From: Candidatus Uhrbacteria bacterium
GTDB taxonomy: Bacteria; Patescibacteriota; Patescibacteriia; UBA9934; GWF2-40-263
Reading direction: 5' to 3'
NCBI GenBank assembly: GCA_023246355.1
Contig: JAHFIQ010000006.1
Location: 1-62,788 of the forward strand
Length of the DNA: 62,788 nt
Numbering within the stretch: the stretch's first letter is position 1; each line of letters opens with the position of its first letter. The notes beneath the pieces are model-generated. The model ran no database searches. It was not told the origin of the DNA and was given only the letters and a program-made list of their open reading frames with translations. Shown here in pieces: positions 29,508 to 38,305 of this stretch. The position numbers and the translations under genes were made by a program.

Positions 29508-31013
29508 ATGTCAAAAGTTCTCTATCGCGTTTATCGGCCATCGCTGTTTGATGAAGTCAGTGGACAGAGTCATGTCGTCAAGACCCTCCAAAACCAATAC
29601 GCCTCTGAGTCTCTGGCTCATGCCTATGTGTTTACTGGTCCACGCGGCGTTGGCAAAACCACGATCGCCAGGCTTTTGGCTAAGCTCGTGAATTGTTTGA
29701 GTCCCAAAAAAAATGAGCCATGCAATACGTGTGCAGCTTGTGTGGCCGTGAGTTCGGGAACAGCGCTCGATGTTTTTGAAATCGACGCGGCTTCTCATAC
29801 GGATGTTGAGCATGTGCGAGAAACGATCATTCAGTCCGTTCGTTTTGCTCCAAGCTCGCTCAAAAAGAAAGTCTACATTATCGACGAAGTGCACATGCTC
29901 TCAGGCTCAGCGTTTAATGCTCTGTTGAAGACGCTGGAAGAACCTCCTGAACATGCCTTGTTTATTTTGGCCACGACGGAAATTCACAAAGTTCCCGAAA
30001 CCATTGTGAGTCGTTGTCAGCGATTTGATTTTCGAAAAATTTCGTCTGAGGAATTGGTTGCTCGGATGCAGGGCATTGTCAAAGAAGAAGGCGTGAAGGT
30101 TGATGTGGATGTTCTTGAGGCGATTGCCAAGCACAGTGGTGGCTGCGCACGGGATGCGGAGAGTCTGCTTGGCCAAGTCCTCGCGCTTGGAGAAAAACAG
30201 ATCAGCATGAAAGAAGCCTCGCTTGTGTTGCCAGCCACCGCAGAGATTTTGGTGGAAGATTTCGTGGCGGCGCTTCAACAATCAGATGCATCGCAGGCGA
30301 TCACACTCCTGAATACCTATCTTGATCAAGGCGTTGATCTTCATCAGTTTCTATCAGACACCACATCGTGGCTGCGAGATCGATTACTCGAGTCTGTCTC
30401 AGGGAAGCAGACAGCCTTGGATACGGACTTCCTGCAAAGAACGATTGGAGAGCTTTTGGCAGCTGAGCGATTGATTCGCTCCGAGCACATTGCCCAACTC
30501 CCGGTAGAGCTCGCGATTATCAGAATCTGCACAGCGGCAGCGAAAAAAAAGGATTTTCATGAACAGGAGGTTGATTCAGTGCGAGTAGAAAAAGTCATGA
30601 AGGCCGTAGAGATCGTACAGGTCAAAGATGAGGTAGTCCCAGGCTTCAGCCTGGGTGCGATTGAGCGGGCTGTAGAGAGTACGGTCTTCGACACCATCCC
30701 TGTCATCAGCATCGACGAGGTCAAAGAAAAGTGGCCGCAGGTGTATGAGCAGATCAAGTCCTGCAATGCCTCTCTGCCATTGTTTATGAATTCGTGCGAG
30801 GTGTGTGATGTGATTGGCGACCGAGTGGAACTTGGGTTTGAGTATGATCTCTATGTGCAGACCGTGAATCAAGATAAAAATCGTCGTACCATAGAAGATG
30901 TGTTTGAAAAAGTGCTTGGGAAACGCATGCGGGTGAATGCTATCCAATCCAAGCGACCAGAAGAGGAAACGGTCCAGGAACTTCTTACGGAGTTTGGTGG
31001 GAGCGTGATCTAG
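29508..31013 (+). CDS. dnaX: DNA polymerase III subunit gamma/tau
   Basis: GPRGVGKTT Walker A, zinc module CNTCAAC, DEVHML, SRCQRF. Confidence 0.92.
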   Translation: MSKVLYRVYRPSLFDEVSGQSHVVKTLQNQYASESLAHAYVFTGPRGVGKTTIARLLAKLVNCLSPKKNEPCNTCAACVAVSSGTALDVFEIDAASHTDVEHVRETIIQSVRFAPSSLKKKVYIIDEVHMLSGSAFNALLKTLEEPPEHALFILATTEIHKVPETIVSRCQRFDFRKISSEELVARMQGIVKEEGVKVDVDVLEAIAKHSGGCARDAESLLGQVLALGEKQISMKEASLVLPATAEILVEDFVAALQQSDASQAITLLNTYLDQGVDLHQFLSDTTSWLRDRLLESVSGKQTALDTDFLQRTIGELLAAERLIRSEHIAQLPVELAIIRICTAAAKKKDFHEQEVDSVRVEKVMKAVEIVQVKDEVVPGFSLGAIERAVESTVFDTIPVISIDEVKEKWPQVYEQIKSCNASLPLFMNSCEVCDVIGDRVELGFEYDLYVQTVNQDKNRRTIEDVFEKVLGKRMRVNAIQSKRPEEETVQELLTEFGGSVI

Positions 31014-31152
31014 GAAAAGAAAAAGCGACCATCCGTTGATGGTCGTTTTTTGGTTCTGCGGCCCGGTCTCGATTGATGCCTTTAAGGGGGCTTTGAAGCA
31101 CCCCTCTATAGCCACCCGACTCTGTCCCGGTCGGATAGAACTCAAGGGATTT

Positions 31153-31983
31153 TTATTTAAATGATCCCAGTTTCTTGTATGCGCTAAACTCGCCCTCGCC
31201 ATGAAGCGTGGGGTCAAAGTTGCCATCGTATAGGTCGAATGAATCAGTTTCGTGTACGTAGTGAATGAAGCCAATATCGCCTTGAATGGTTTTTAGAACA
31301 TCGGTTTTATCGATTAGGACGTTTGCGTTCACATCCCACAGCAGAAGTTTTCGGTTGTCGCCTTCGGGACTTACATCGCCAGTGACAAAGGCGATCTTCG
31401 TGTTTTCCCAGTTATGACCCGGACGAGAGCTAACATTTGCTGCGTCAATTGATGCGAGGATATTGCCATCTGTCGTACTTCCCAAGGCAATTTTGGTGTT
31501 TTCCGGATTTACTGCAAAGAATGTCGTGAGGTCCCATTCGTCAACGATGCTTTTCACACAATACTCAGTGCGCGATATTGTGAATTTTTCTTTCTCCATT
31601 TTTGTTCTGTCGAGGTAGAGAATGTTTCGCTGGCATCCATTCGAATTTGGGTCATCAAACGTGTGGACGATCTTTTGCGGCGAAGCTCCGATAAGCGCAA
31701 TGTTTGGGGCTATAAATTCGGGGTAGCGAGGATCATCTGACGGGATCGCATCGACAACCGCGCGGACGTCCCAATTTTTTGGATCATCTAAACTATAATC
31801 GTAATCATTATAAATAAGCTCAGTTTGTCCTTTTTCGTAGGTAACAAGGGAAAGATCGTACAATGATGACGCGGAAAGAACTTTTCCCCGCATGATTTCG
31901 GGATGAAGCACTTGGATGCCAATAATAATCCCGATTCCTGCAATGAAAAGCGCTGTATGCTTAAGGAATACCTGTTTTTCCAT
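31153..31983 (-). CDS. Membrane-anchored hypothetical protein (AT-richer than its surroundings)
   Basis: 276 aa; N-terminal anchor LFIAGIGIIIGIQVL. Confidence 0.5.
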   Translation of the reverse strand: MEKQVFLKHTALFIAGIGIIIGIQVLHPEIMRGKVLSASSLYDLSLVTYEKGQTELIYNDYDYSLDDPKNWDVRAVVDAIPSDDPRYPEFIAPNIALIGASPQKIVHTFDDPNSNGCQRNILYLDRTKMEKEKFTISRTEYCVKSIVDEWDLTTFFAVNPENTKIALGSTTDGNILASIDAANVSSRPGHNWENTKIAFVTGDVSPEGDNRKLLLWDVNANVLIDKTDVLKTIQGDIGFIHYVHETDSFDLYDGNFDPTLHGEGEFSAYKKLGSFK

Positions 31984-32097
31984 ATGTACGAAAGTATATG
32001 ACAGAAAGAGCTATTCCACAATGCAAAAGCCCGGAGTCTTGCGACTTCGGGCTTTTTGCTGGTCACCTCCTGTTCCGGTAATCGGAACAGGTTGTGA

Positions 32098-32171
32098 TGG
32101 TTCCGGGACTTGGATTCGAACCAAGATAAACAGATTCAGAGTCTGTTGTCCTGCCATTAGACGATCCCGGA
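32098..32171 (-). tRNA. tRNA-Gln (anticodon CUG)
   Basis: Reverse complement TCCGGGATCGTCTAATGGCAGGACAACAGACTCTGAATCTGTTTATCTTGGTTCGAATCCAAGTCCCGGAACCA, with anticodon loop CTCTGAA and encoded CCA. Confidence 0.9.
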
Positions 32172-32393
32172 GTGAAGTGAGTGTTCTAAAAAAGTGTCTT
32201 TACACTTTTTTAGAACCGAACGAAGCGACGTGGATCTGGCACCCAGATCCCGGAGTGAGTGAGCGCAGTGACAAGCCCATGGCTTGATCACTGCCGAACG
32301 AACGACGGGAATCTGACCGAGTCGATCTACGACGAGGGCAGATCCCGGAGTGGATCCAAGTGGGTGTTATCTGATCACCCAGATCCCGGAGTT
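32163..32393. repeat. Array of four copies of the 12-mer GATCCCGGAGTG (antisense of tRNA-Gln nt 1-9 plus 3 leader nt) separated by hairpin modules
   Basis: Copies lie at 32163-32174 (within the tRNA), 32246-32257, 32341-32352 and 32382-32393 (11/12 match). Spacers contain AGTGAG, variable hairpins, the box CGAACGAAGCGA (32217-32228) or CGAACGAACGA (32295-32305), and the GGATCTGG-cac-CCAGATCC hairpin. Confidence 0.8.
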
Positions 32394-32428
32394 TTAATTC
32401 GGCAAAAGTATATCGAGATCAAGCCGGA

Positions 32429-32457
32429 TTGACAAGAACGGCCGGATCTGCTATCTT
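32429..32457 (+). promoter_or_regulatory. Putative promoter of the small zinc-finger-like ORF
   Basis: TTGACA-N17-TATCTT. Confidence 0.45.
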
Positions 32458-32511
32458 ATCGTCACTCAAAGCATCCCTTGCTGCGAGTTCCACACCAACC
32501 TCGGGAAAGCA

Positions 32512-32700
32512 ATGGCCAAGTGCGCGGATCCTCACTGTCGTTTCTCGTCGACCAAGCCCGGCGGCATGGCGAACCACTACCTGCAGAAGCCGCACCACCA
32601 GCCCGGTGCGAAGTTCAAGGACTTCAAGGGTGACAACGCCAACAAGAAGGCCCCCAAGAACGGCGGCAAGAACCAGGGCGGCGAGGCCACGGCCAAGTAG
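32512..32700 (+). CDS. Small basic protein with a C2H2-type zinc-finger spacing and a Lys/Gly-rich tail
   Basis: KCADPHCRFSSTKPGGMANHYLQKPHH fits C-X4-C-X12-H-X5-H. GC3-rich. A terminator hairpin cccgcctgctg...cagcaaggcggg plus a T-run lies downstream. Confidence 0.5.
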   Translation: MAKCADPHCRFSSTKPGGMANHYLQKPHHQPGAKFKDFKGDNANKKAPKNGGKNQGGEATAK

Positions 32701-32787
32701 TTCATCGATCCACGACGATCAGGGATGAGGCAGTCAGAACTCTCCCACCTCGCCCGCCTGCTGTCTGGGGAGTCAGCAAGGCGGGTA

Positions 32788-33702
32788 TTATTTTTGGACA
32801 GCGAATTCGATAATAGCTCCTGCGATATCTTGTCCTGTCACGCGTTCAAGTTCTTTGAATCCAGGATTGGCGTTTACTTCGAGCAGCAGTGGGCCTCTTG
32901 CTGAACGGATGATGTCCACACCAGCGATTTCAAGATCGAAAATTTTTGCCACGTGCACAGCGAGATCCTGTTCTTCTTGTGTCAGTACGGTCACAGAACC
33001 TGTCCCGCCGTTGGATGTATTGGCTCTCACGTCACCCGTTGGCGCTGTTCGTTCCATGGCTGCCAGGACGCGTCCCCCGAGGATAAAAATTCTCAGGTCC
33101 TTGTTTTGCGCTTCCTGGATGTATTCCTCAACGATCATCGGGTTGCCATCTCGGATCGCCAGGTACTCCGCGATCGGCTGGAGCGTCTGCGCATCAGGCG
33201 TAAAGAACACGCCCTTGCCATGCGTGCCAAAGGCGACTTTCAAGATCACAGGAAAGCCGATGTCCTGTGCGATCTTGAGAGCATCATCTGGACGGCGACA
33301 CACCCCCCATCGTGGACATGGAAGATTGTGCTCAGCAAAGATCATGTGCTGAGTGATTTTATTTTTGGCTGAGGCAAAGCTTGGAGATGCATTGATAATC
33401 TTGTAACCCGCTGCTGTGAGCATCTGAGACGCATAGGTTCTGAGAGTCGGTTCTTCAATAAAGTTTGGTCGAGAGATGATGACGTCCAGACGTGGAAGTG
33501 GTTCTCCACCATGTAAAATCTGTGGCTGCACTCCCACCCCCCTTGATCCCCCCTCGGGCAGGGGGGAAATTTCAAAAGACAAATACGGCTCGTAGATTTT
33601 TACGAGCTGATGTCCACGTTCACGTGCGGCTGCCTCAAATCGGTCAGCGCCCGTGAATTGTTCCATGGAAGGATCAGAGAAGATGAGGAGGCCTATGTGC
33701 AT
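32788..33702 (-). CDS. RimK-type ATP-grasp ligase (alpha-L-glutamate ligase family)
   Basis: ATP-grasp motifs FPVILKVAFGTHGKGV, EEYI, DLRIFILGGRV, AGVDIIRS...LLLEVNANPGF. Confidence 0.8.
   Translation of the reverse strand: MHIGLLIFSDPSMEQFTGADRFEAAARERGHQLVKIYEPYLSFEISPLPEGGSRGVGVQPQILHGGEPLPRLDVIISRPNFIEEPTLRTYASQMLTAAGYKIINASPSFASAKNKITQHMIFAEHNLPCPRWGVCRRPDDALKIAQDIGFPVILKVAFGTHGKGVFFTPDAQTLQPIAEYLAIRDGNPMIVEEYIQEAQNKDLRIFILGGRVLAAMERTAPTGDVRANTSNGGTGSVTVLTQEEQDLAVHVAKIFDLEIAGVDIIRSARGPLLLEVNANPGFKELERVTGQDIAGAIIEFAVQK
33535..33567 (-). repeat. G/C-palindromic mini-insert, in frame in the rimK-like gene (encodes SPLPEGGSRGVG)
   Basis: The sense (minus) strand reads tCCCCCCTgcccgAGGGGGGatcaaGGGGGGtggg, with the same architecture, orientation and frame as the copA and uvrC copies. 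Confidence 0.75.
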
Positions 33703-33703
33703 A

Positions 33704-34747
33704 TCATTTCGCCATGAACACACGCTCCGTTGCAACAGGATTCACGGCGTCGCGGTCACTAAGAGCATCATGCAAAAGTCCGTCTAACAAGATTTCGTCC
33801 AAGATTTGGTAAACCGTTTCCACTGCATCTGCCGTATGGAGTCGTTCTTTGAATGGCCGTGCACCCGGCACGCCTCGGAAATACCAAGACAGATGTTTGC
33901 GGAATGTTTTAATTCCTGGCGCTCCGTATTGCTCAAGATGAAAGGTGAGGTGCTGTTTCACAACCCGGATACGTTCCTCGAGGGTGATCTGTTGCGGTGC
34001 TTGACCACGCAGCACGTCGGTGATCTGTGAAAAGATCCATGGATTGCCCAGCGCGCCGCGAGCGATCAAGACGCCGTCTGTTTTTGTTTGGTCAAGTGCT
34101 GTGCGTGTAAGTGGGGCTGTGTGAATATCGCCGTTGGCAAGGACGGGGATCGAGAGCGTGCGTTTGAGCTCACCGATCAAATTCCAATCTGATTGTCCTG
34201 AGTATCCCTGGGCCTTTGTCCGTCCATGGATCGTGATCATGTCCGCGCCTGCTTCTTCGATGACTTTGGCAAACGAAAAACATTCTCGAGGATCATCCCA
34301 ACCTGTCCGGATTTTGATGGAAAGCGGAACCGTGATCGCGGCTTTCATTTTTTTGATGATCTGCGTGGCGAGTTCTGGTTCCCGCATGAGCGCCGCGCCA
34401 TTGAAGTTGTGGACGATTTTATATACGGGGCAGCCCATGTTCACATCAAAGCCTTCTGGGTGATGTTCTTTTTCGATGATGCGTGCAGCCTGCGCCATCG
34501 TGTCAGGATCTGAGCCAAAGAGTTGCTGCACGATCGGACGCTCGTCTTCGTGAATGTCGGTCATGGCGAGCGTTTTGTTGTTGTGACGTACGACAGCTTC
34601 GGCTGAGACCATTTCGCGGAAGACGATGGGAGAGTTGGAAGAGGTGGATACTGATCGAACTGTGCGGCAAAAAGAACTATCCGTCATGTCGGCCATGGGG
34701 GAGAGGGCAATGATGGGCCGCGGGATCGCCTTCCAATCGAGTTTCAT
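33704..34747 (-). CDS. dus: tRNA-dihydrouridine synthase
   Basis: LSPMADMTD, DVNMGCP, IKIRTGWD, ITIHGRT. Confidence 0.9.
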   Translation of the reverse strand: MKLDWKAIPRPIIALSPMADMTDSSFCRTVRSVSTSSNSPIVFREMVSAEAVVRHNNKTLAMTDIHEDERPIVQQLFGSDPDTMAQAARIIEKEHHPEGFDVNMGCPVYKIVHNFNGAALMREPELATQIIKKMKAAITVPLSIKIRTGWDDPRECFSFAKVIEEAGADMITIHGRTKAQGYSGQSDWNLIGELKRTLSIPVLANGDIHTAPLTRTALDQTKTDGVLIARGALGNPWIFSQITDVLRGQAPQQITLEERIRVVKQHLTFHLEQYGAPGIKTFRKHLSWYFRGVPGARPFKERLHTADAVETVYQILDEILLDGLLHDALSDRDAVNPVATERVFMAK

Positions 34748-34805
34748 AGGAGATCTGCAAGAGGATAGTCGCTTTTTTGTTTTTCATCAAGTATAATCGG
34801 CCTGT

Positions 34806-35192
34806 ATGAAAGACAATACTTCTGCTTACTATCTCTACGGCGCAGCGGCCCTGGTGGTCGTTGGGCTTATCGCTTTTGCTGCCACGCAGGAAGCAGCTCC
34901 ATCTCCCTACGATGGTTTTGCCCAGTGTCTCTCAGACAGTGGGGTGAAAATGTACGGCGCCTGGTGGTGTCCACATTGCCAGAATCAAAAAAAACTTTTT
35001 GGAAACTCGTTTGATTTTGTGACCTACATTGAGTGTTCCAATGCAGACAAGAGCATGAACCAAACCTGCAAGGATGCTGGCGTCGAAGGATATCCCACCT
35101 GGGAACTCGGGGACGGCACACGACTTGGCGGGGAACAAAGTTTAGAAACGCTCGCAACCAAGTCAGATTGTGAGTTGCCAGCAGCCGAGTGA
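34806..35192 (+). CDS. Membrane-anchored thioredoxin-like protein (CPHC active site), VKOR partner
   Basis: YGAWWCPHCQNQKKLFG resembles the Trx-like domain of bacterial VKOR fusions. A VKOR gene follows. Confidence 0.6.
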   Translation: MKDNTSAYYLYGAAALVVVGLIAFAATQEAAPSPYDGFAQCLSDSGVKMYGAWWCPHCQNQKKLFGNSFDFVTYIECSNADKSMNQTCKDAGVEGYPTWELGDGTRLGGEQSLETLATKSDCELPAAE

Positions 35193-35195
35193 TGT

Positions 35196-35633
35196 ATGAG
35201 CACGAAACGGATCATCACGATCATATGCTGTCTCGCGATTCTCGGTTTGGGAGTTTCTGTGTATTCGCTTCTGCACAATCAAGGATTTGCCTCTGGGGAG
35301 TTTTGCACCATCGGTGAAAAGTTGAATTGTGATGTCGTGAATAAAGGTCCGTATTCGACGATCGGTGTGATCCCCGTTTCCTTGATTGGAGTGATCGGAT
35401 ATCTGTTTCTGGCTGCGGCTGCTGGAATGAAGCTCAAGAATCCCAAGGACAAAGGTCTCACGAGATTTCTCTCACTGGCATCTACTGGTGGCTTTCTCTT
35501 CGCTCTTTATCTGTCTGGGATCGAAGCGTTTATTTTGGAAACCTGGTGTCTGCTGTGTCTTACCTCGCAGGTTACGATTTTGCTGATCGCGATTTTTTCT
35601 CTTTTGCTCACTCGAAAAGAAAAACAGCTATGA
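35196..35633 (+). CDS. Vitamin K epoxide reductase family protein
   Basis: Loop Cys pair CTIGEKLNCDVV, a CLLC active site in a TM helix, and four TM segments. Confidence 0.7.
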   Translation: MSTKRIITIICCLAILGLGVSVYSLLHNQGFASGEFCTIGEKLNCDVVNKGPYSTIGVIPVSLIGVIGYLFLAAAAGMKLKNPKDKGLTRFLSLASTGGFLFALYLSGIEAFILETWCLLCLTSQVTILLIAIFSLLLTRKEKQL

Positions 35634-36997
35634 AATTATCCTTCCACGGCGCGGCAAGAGAAGTCACTGGATCTTGTCATCAAGTTGAAGTCAAAGACGC
35701 CAACGGTAAAACGCATCAGTATCTGTTTGACTGCGGCATGTTTCAAGGCGAGCACATGTGCGGATCCAAAAACCAAGATGAGTTTGGGTTTGATCCAAAA
35801 ACCATTGAAGCGGTATTTGTCTCCCATCCACATGCCGATCATACGGGTCGTCTTGCTAAAATCGTCAGCCAAGGTTTTACCGGACCGATCTACATGGTTG
35901 AGCCATGCGTGGGTTTGTCCAAATTGGTTTTGGAAGACGCCCTGCACATCATGAAGGAGGAGGCGGAAAAGTGCGGAAGCGGGGTGTTGTATGAGATGGC
36001 AGATGTTGAACGAGCCTTTGAGCAAGTAAAAGCCGTGAGTTATCACGAGCATCTGGAAGTCGCGCCAGGGATCGTGGTGATGTTTCATGAGGCTGGGCAT
36101 GTGCTGGGTTCGTCCTATATCTCCGTCGATGCAGAGGGGAAACGGCTCGTCTACTCGGGTGATATTGGTAACGACAACGTGCCGATTTTGCCAGACACCG
36201 AACCGCTGTCTCATGCGGACGTTGTGATTTGTGAATCCACGTACGGTCACCGCGAACACGAGCCGATTGAGCAGCGTTCGCGTTTGCTGAAGGAGGCGAT
36301 CCAGCAAATTATTCACGACCGAGGCGTGCTCATGATCCCAGCGTTCTCGATCGAGCGAACACAGGAGTTGCTCTACGAGATTGATCAGCTGCTCCAAAAA
36401 GATTTGAAAACAAAGATGCCCATTTTTCTTGATAGCCCCATGGCGATTCGTGCAACCGAGTTGTATCGCCACTTTCAAAATTACTTGCAGTTTGATGCTT
36501 CGCTCGTTGCTCAGCCAGATAAAGATTTTTTTAGCTTTCCGAATTTACGCGAAACGCTGAGTCGCGAAGAATCTAAAAAGATTAACGATCAGACGCCGCC
36601 CATGATCATCATCGCCGGGTCTGGGATGATGTCCGGTGGACGCATCATGCATCATCTGCGCCGCTATCTTCCTGATCATAAAAATCGCGTGCTCATTATT
36701 GGCTACCAAGCCGCCGGGACCCTGGGACGAAAAATTTACGAAGGGGCCAAGCGGGTCAAAATTTTTGGCGATGAGATTCCTGTTCACGCGCAGGTCAGCG
36801 CCATCGGTGCGTTTTCAGCCCACGGCGACATGAATAAACTCACCCGATGGTTGAAGCCCGAGGATGGCAAGGTCCCAAGCAAAATTTTTCTGGTGCATGG
36901 CGATCCGGAAGCCAAAGAAGTTTTCGCCACGCACTTGCGCCACACACTGGGTACAGAGGTGGTGATTCCCGAGTACCAGAGTAGACATGAGGTTTAG
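35630..36997 (+). CDS. Metallo-beta-lactamase / beta-CASP family ribonuclease (CPSF/RNase J-like)
   Basis: HPHADHTG motif, later ESTYG, and C-terminal SAHGD / LVHGD motifs typical of beta-CASP. Confidence 0.8.
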   Translation: MKLSFHGAAREVTGSCHQVEVKDANGKTHQYLFDCGMFQGEHMCGSKNQDEFGFDPKTIEAVFVSHPHADHTGRLAKIVSQGFTGPIYMVEPCVGLSKLVLEDALHIMKEEAEKCGSGVLYEMADVERAFEQVKAVSYHEHLEVAPGIVVMFHEAGHVLGSSYISVDAEGKRLVYSGDIGNDNVPILPDTEPLSHADVVICESTYGHREHEPIEQRSRLLKEAIQQIIHDRGVLMIPAFSIERTQELLYEIDQLLQKDLKTKMPIFLDSPMAIRATELYRHFQNYLQFDASLVAQPDKDFFSFPNLRETLSREESKKINDQTPPMIIIAGSGMMSGGRIMHHLRRYLPDHKNRVLIIGYQAAGTLGRKIYEGAKRVKIFGDEIPVHAQVSAIGAFSAHGDMNKLTRWLKPEDGKVPSKIFLVHGDPEAKEVFATHLRHTLGTEVVIPEYQSRHEV

Positions 36998-37042
36998 CCT
37001 TCGTCATCCCGAGCAACAGCGAGGGATCCCATTATGCACTCC

Positions 37043-37071
37043 TTGACTGGAGCGAGAGTTTGAGGTAGAAC
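37043..37071 (+). promoter_or_regulatory. Putative promoter of structured RNA locus A
   Basis: TTGACT-N17-TAGAAC. The same arrangement (TTGACG-N17-TAGAAC) heads locus B. Confidence 0.5.
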
Positions 37072-37554
37072 CTTCTGTCGTGCGAGGAAACTACTGTCTT
37101 CGGATGACTGGGTGTCTGCACGACAAACGGCTCGACGATATTGTGGTTGTCAAAAGACGAAGGTTGGAGTGTCGAGCTAAATCATCGGGCGATTATCGTG
37201 CTGTCGAAAGACGACGAGGTTCTTGCCCGAGCATGAGTGACGACAGCTTCTTTGTCGTAAGACGCGGTAGCGGATGTCACCGACCACGGTATGTCGGTCA
37301 GACCGACAGATTTGCCGGACGACCCCAGGATTGCAGTCTGTGCGAATGGAAGTCTGTCCAGCAATTGCTCGACGATACATGCTGTGTCGAAAGACGTTAG
37401 TAGCCGTGTCGAGCAAACCATCGGGCGCACTTGTATCTGTCTGAAAAGACGAGAAGGGTAATGCCCGAGCATGAGTGACGAGCCGTCGTTTGTCTTTCGA
37501 CGATAGGCGCCCTGTCGCTCTCCTGCCTGGAATCACCTCCAGGCTTTTCTATTT
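37072..37554 (+). ncRNA. Large structured RNA candidate, locus A (~480 nt, two tandem sub-units)
   Basis: Conserved helices are shared with locus B: CTGTCGTGC 37075-37083 / GCACGACA 37118-37125; GCTCGAC/GTCGAGC at 37130-37136/37171-37177 and 37367-37373/37408-37414; CATCGGGCG with GCCCGA. It ends in the terminator 37525-37554 (GCCTGGA-N6-TCCAGGC + TTTTCTATTT). No ORF is conserved between the loci. Confidence 0.55.
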
Positions 37555-37682
37555 GGGGACAGGCTTGACATAAGGGGTTTTTACGATTAGTTTGATCATG
37601 CTGTTGCGGGGATTCCCTCTGCAATCATGCCCCATCGCGGCCCAGCCCCGTCTGGAACAAGCCCGGTGGATCGGAGGTCAAC

Positions 37683-38222
37683 ATGTACGGTCATCTCATT
37701 CTACACGCAAAGCCCGAGGCGGTTGGCATCAAGGACGTAAGCGCTCTCGGTACGCGTGGCGAAAACCTGTCACGTCCGAGTCTCGATGAAGTCACGGCCA
37801 CGTTCACGGGTTCCAAGCTTGAAGGTTTCGTCGCAGCAAACAACCTCAGTCACCATGGCCACGTGATGGTGCAGGCGGACGGCTCCCTGAAGGTCAACGT
37901 GGACGTGGTGATCGAACCGTTCACCGAAACGTTTACGTGCGAAAGCACCTGGAAGGACACGGAGTTCCTTGACGTCATGCTGCTGTGCTGGGTGAGTGTG
38001 CAACGCGACCCCAGCCAGGAGGCGCTGCGCAACGGCATTTGGAAAAACAGTCGAGCTGACTGGACCGGCCAGGTGGCTGCTGTCATCGTGAACGATCCCA
38101 GCGAACGTGACAATCGTCGCCGGAAGATTACTTTGGTGGGCAAATCGATCAAGGCTGTTCGAGAGGTTCTCTTCAAGGTCCTGCAAGGGGAGATCACTCC
38201 CGACAAGCCCTGGGTCATCTGA
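37683..38222 (+). CDS. Hypothetical protein (GC3-rich, strong SD) embedded between the two RNA loci
   Basis: GGAGGT plus a 4-nt spacer precedes the ATG. 179 aa, no recognisable family. Own terminator at 38231-38266. Confidence 0.6.
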   Translation: MYGHLILHAKPEAVGIKDVSALGTRGENLSRPSLDEVTATFTGSKLEGFVAANNLSHHGHVMVQADGSLKVNVDVVIEPFTETFTCESTWKDTEFLDVMLLCWVSVQRDPSQEALRNGIWKNSRADWTGQVAAVIVNDPSERDNRRRKITLVGKSIKAVREVLFKVLQGEITPDKPWVI

Positions 38223-38230
38223 CCCACGCC

Positions 38231-38266
38231 GGCGCGCTCCACTCGAGTGCGCCTTTTATTTTTTCC
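38231..38266 (+). terminator. Intrinsic terminator of ORF 37683..38222
   Basis: GGCGCgctccactcgagtGCGCC followed by TTTTATTTTTT. Confidence 0.6.
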
Positions 38267-38276
38267 AGGAGATCCC

Positions 38277-38305
38277 TTGACGAATTGGTCCTTATGAGGT
38301 AGAAC
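38277..38305 (+). promoter_or_regulatory. Putative promoter of structured RNA locus B
   Basis: TTGACG-N17-TAGAAC. Confidence 0.5.

Noticed and set aside
32163-32393. Possible CRISPR array because of the regularly recurring 12-mer
   Set aside because: The repeats are only 12 nt. The spacers are unequal (71, 83 and 29 nt) and share conserved boxes with each other. The first repeat is part of a tRNA, and there are no cas genes.
37080-37400. 106-aa ORF inside RNA locus A, and the 82-aa ORF 38469..38717 inside locus B
   Set aside because: The two loci are nucleotide paralogs, but these ORFs are in non-equivalent positions and frames and are not conserved as proteins. The sequence is conserved as paired helices instead.
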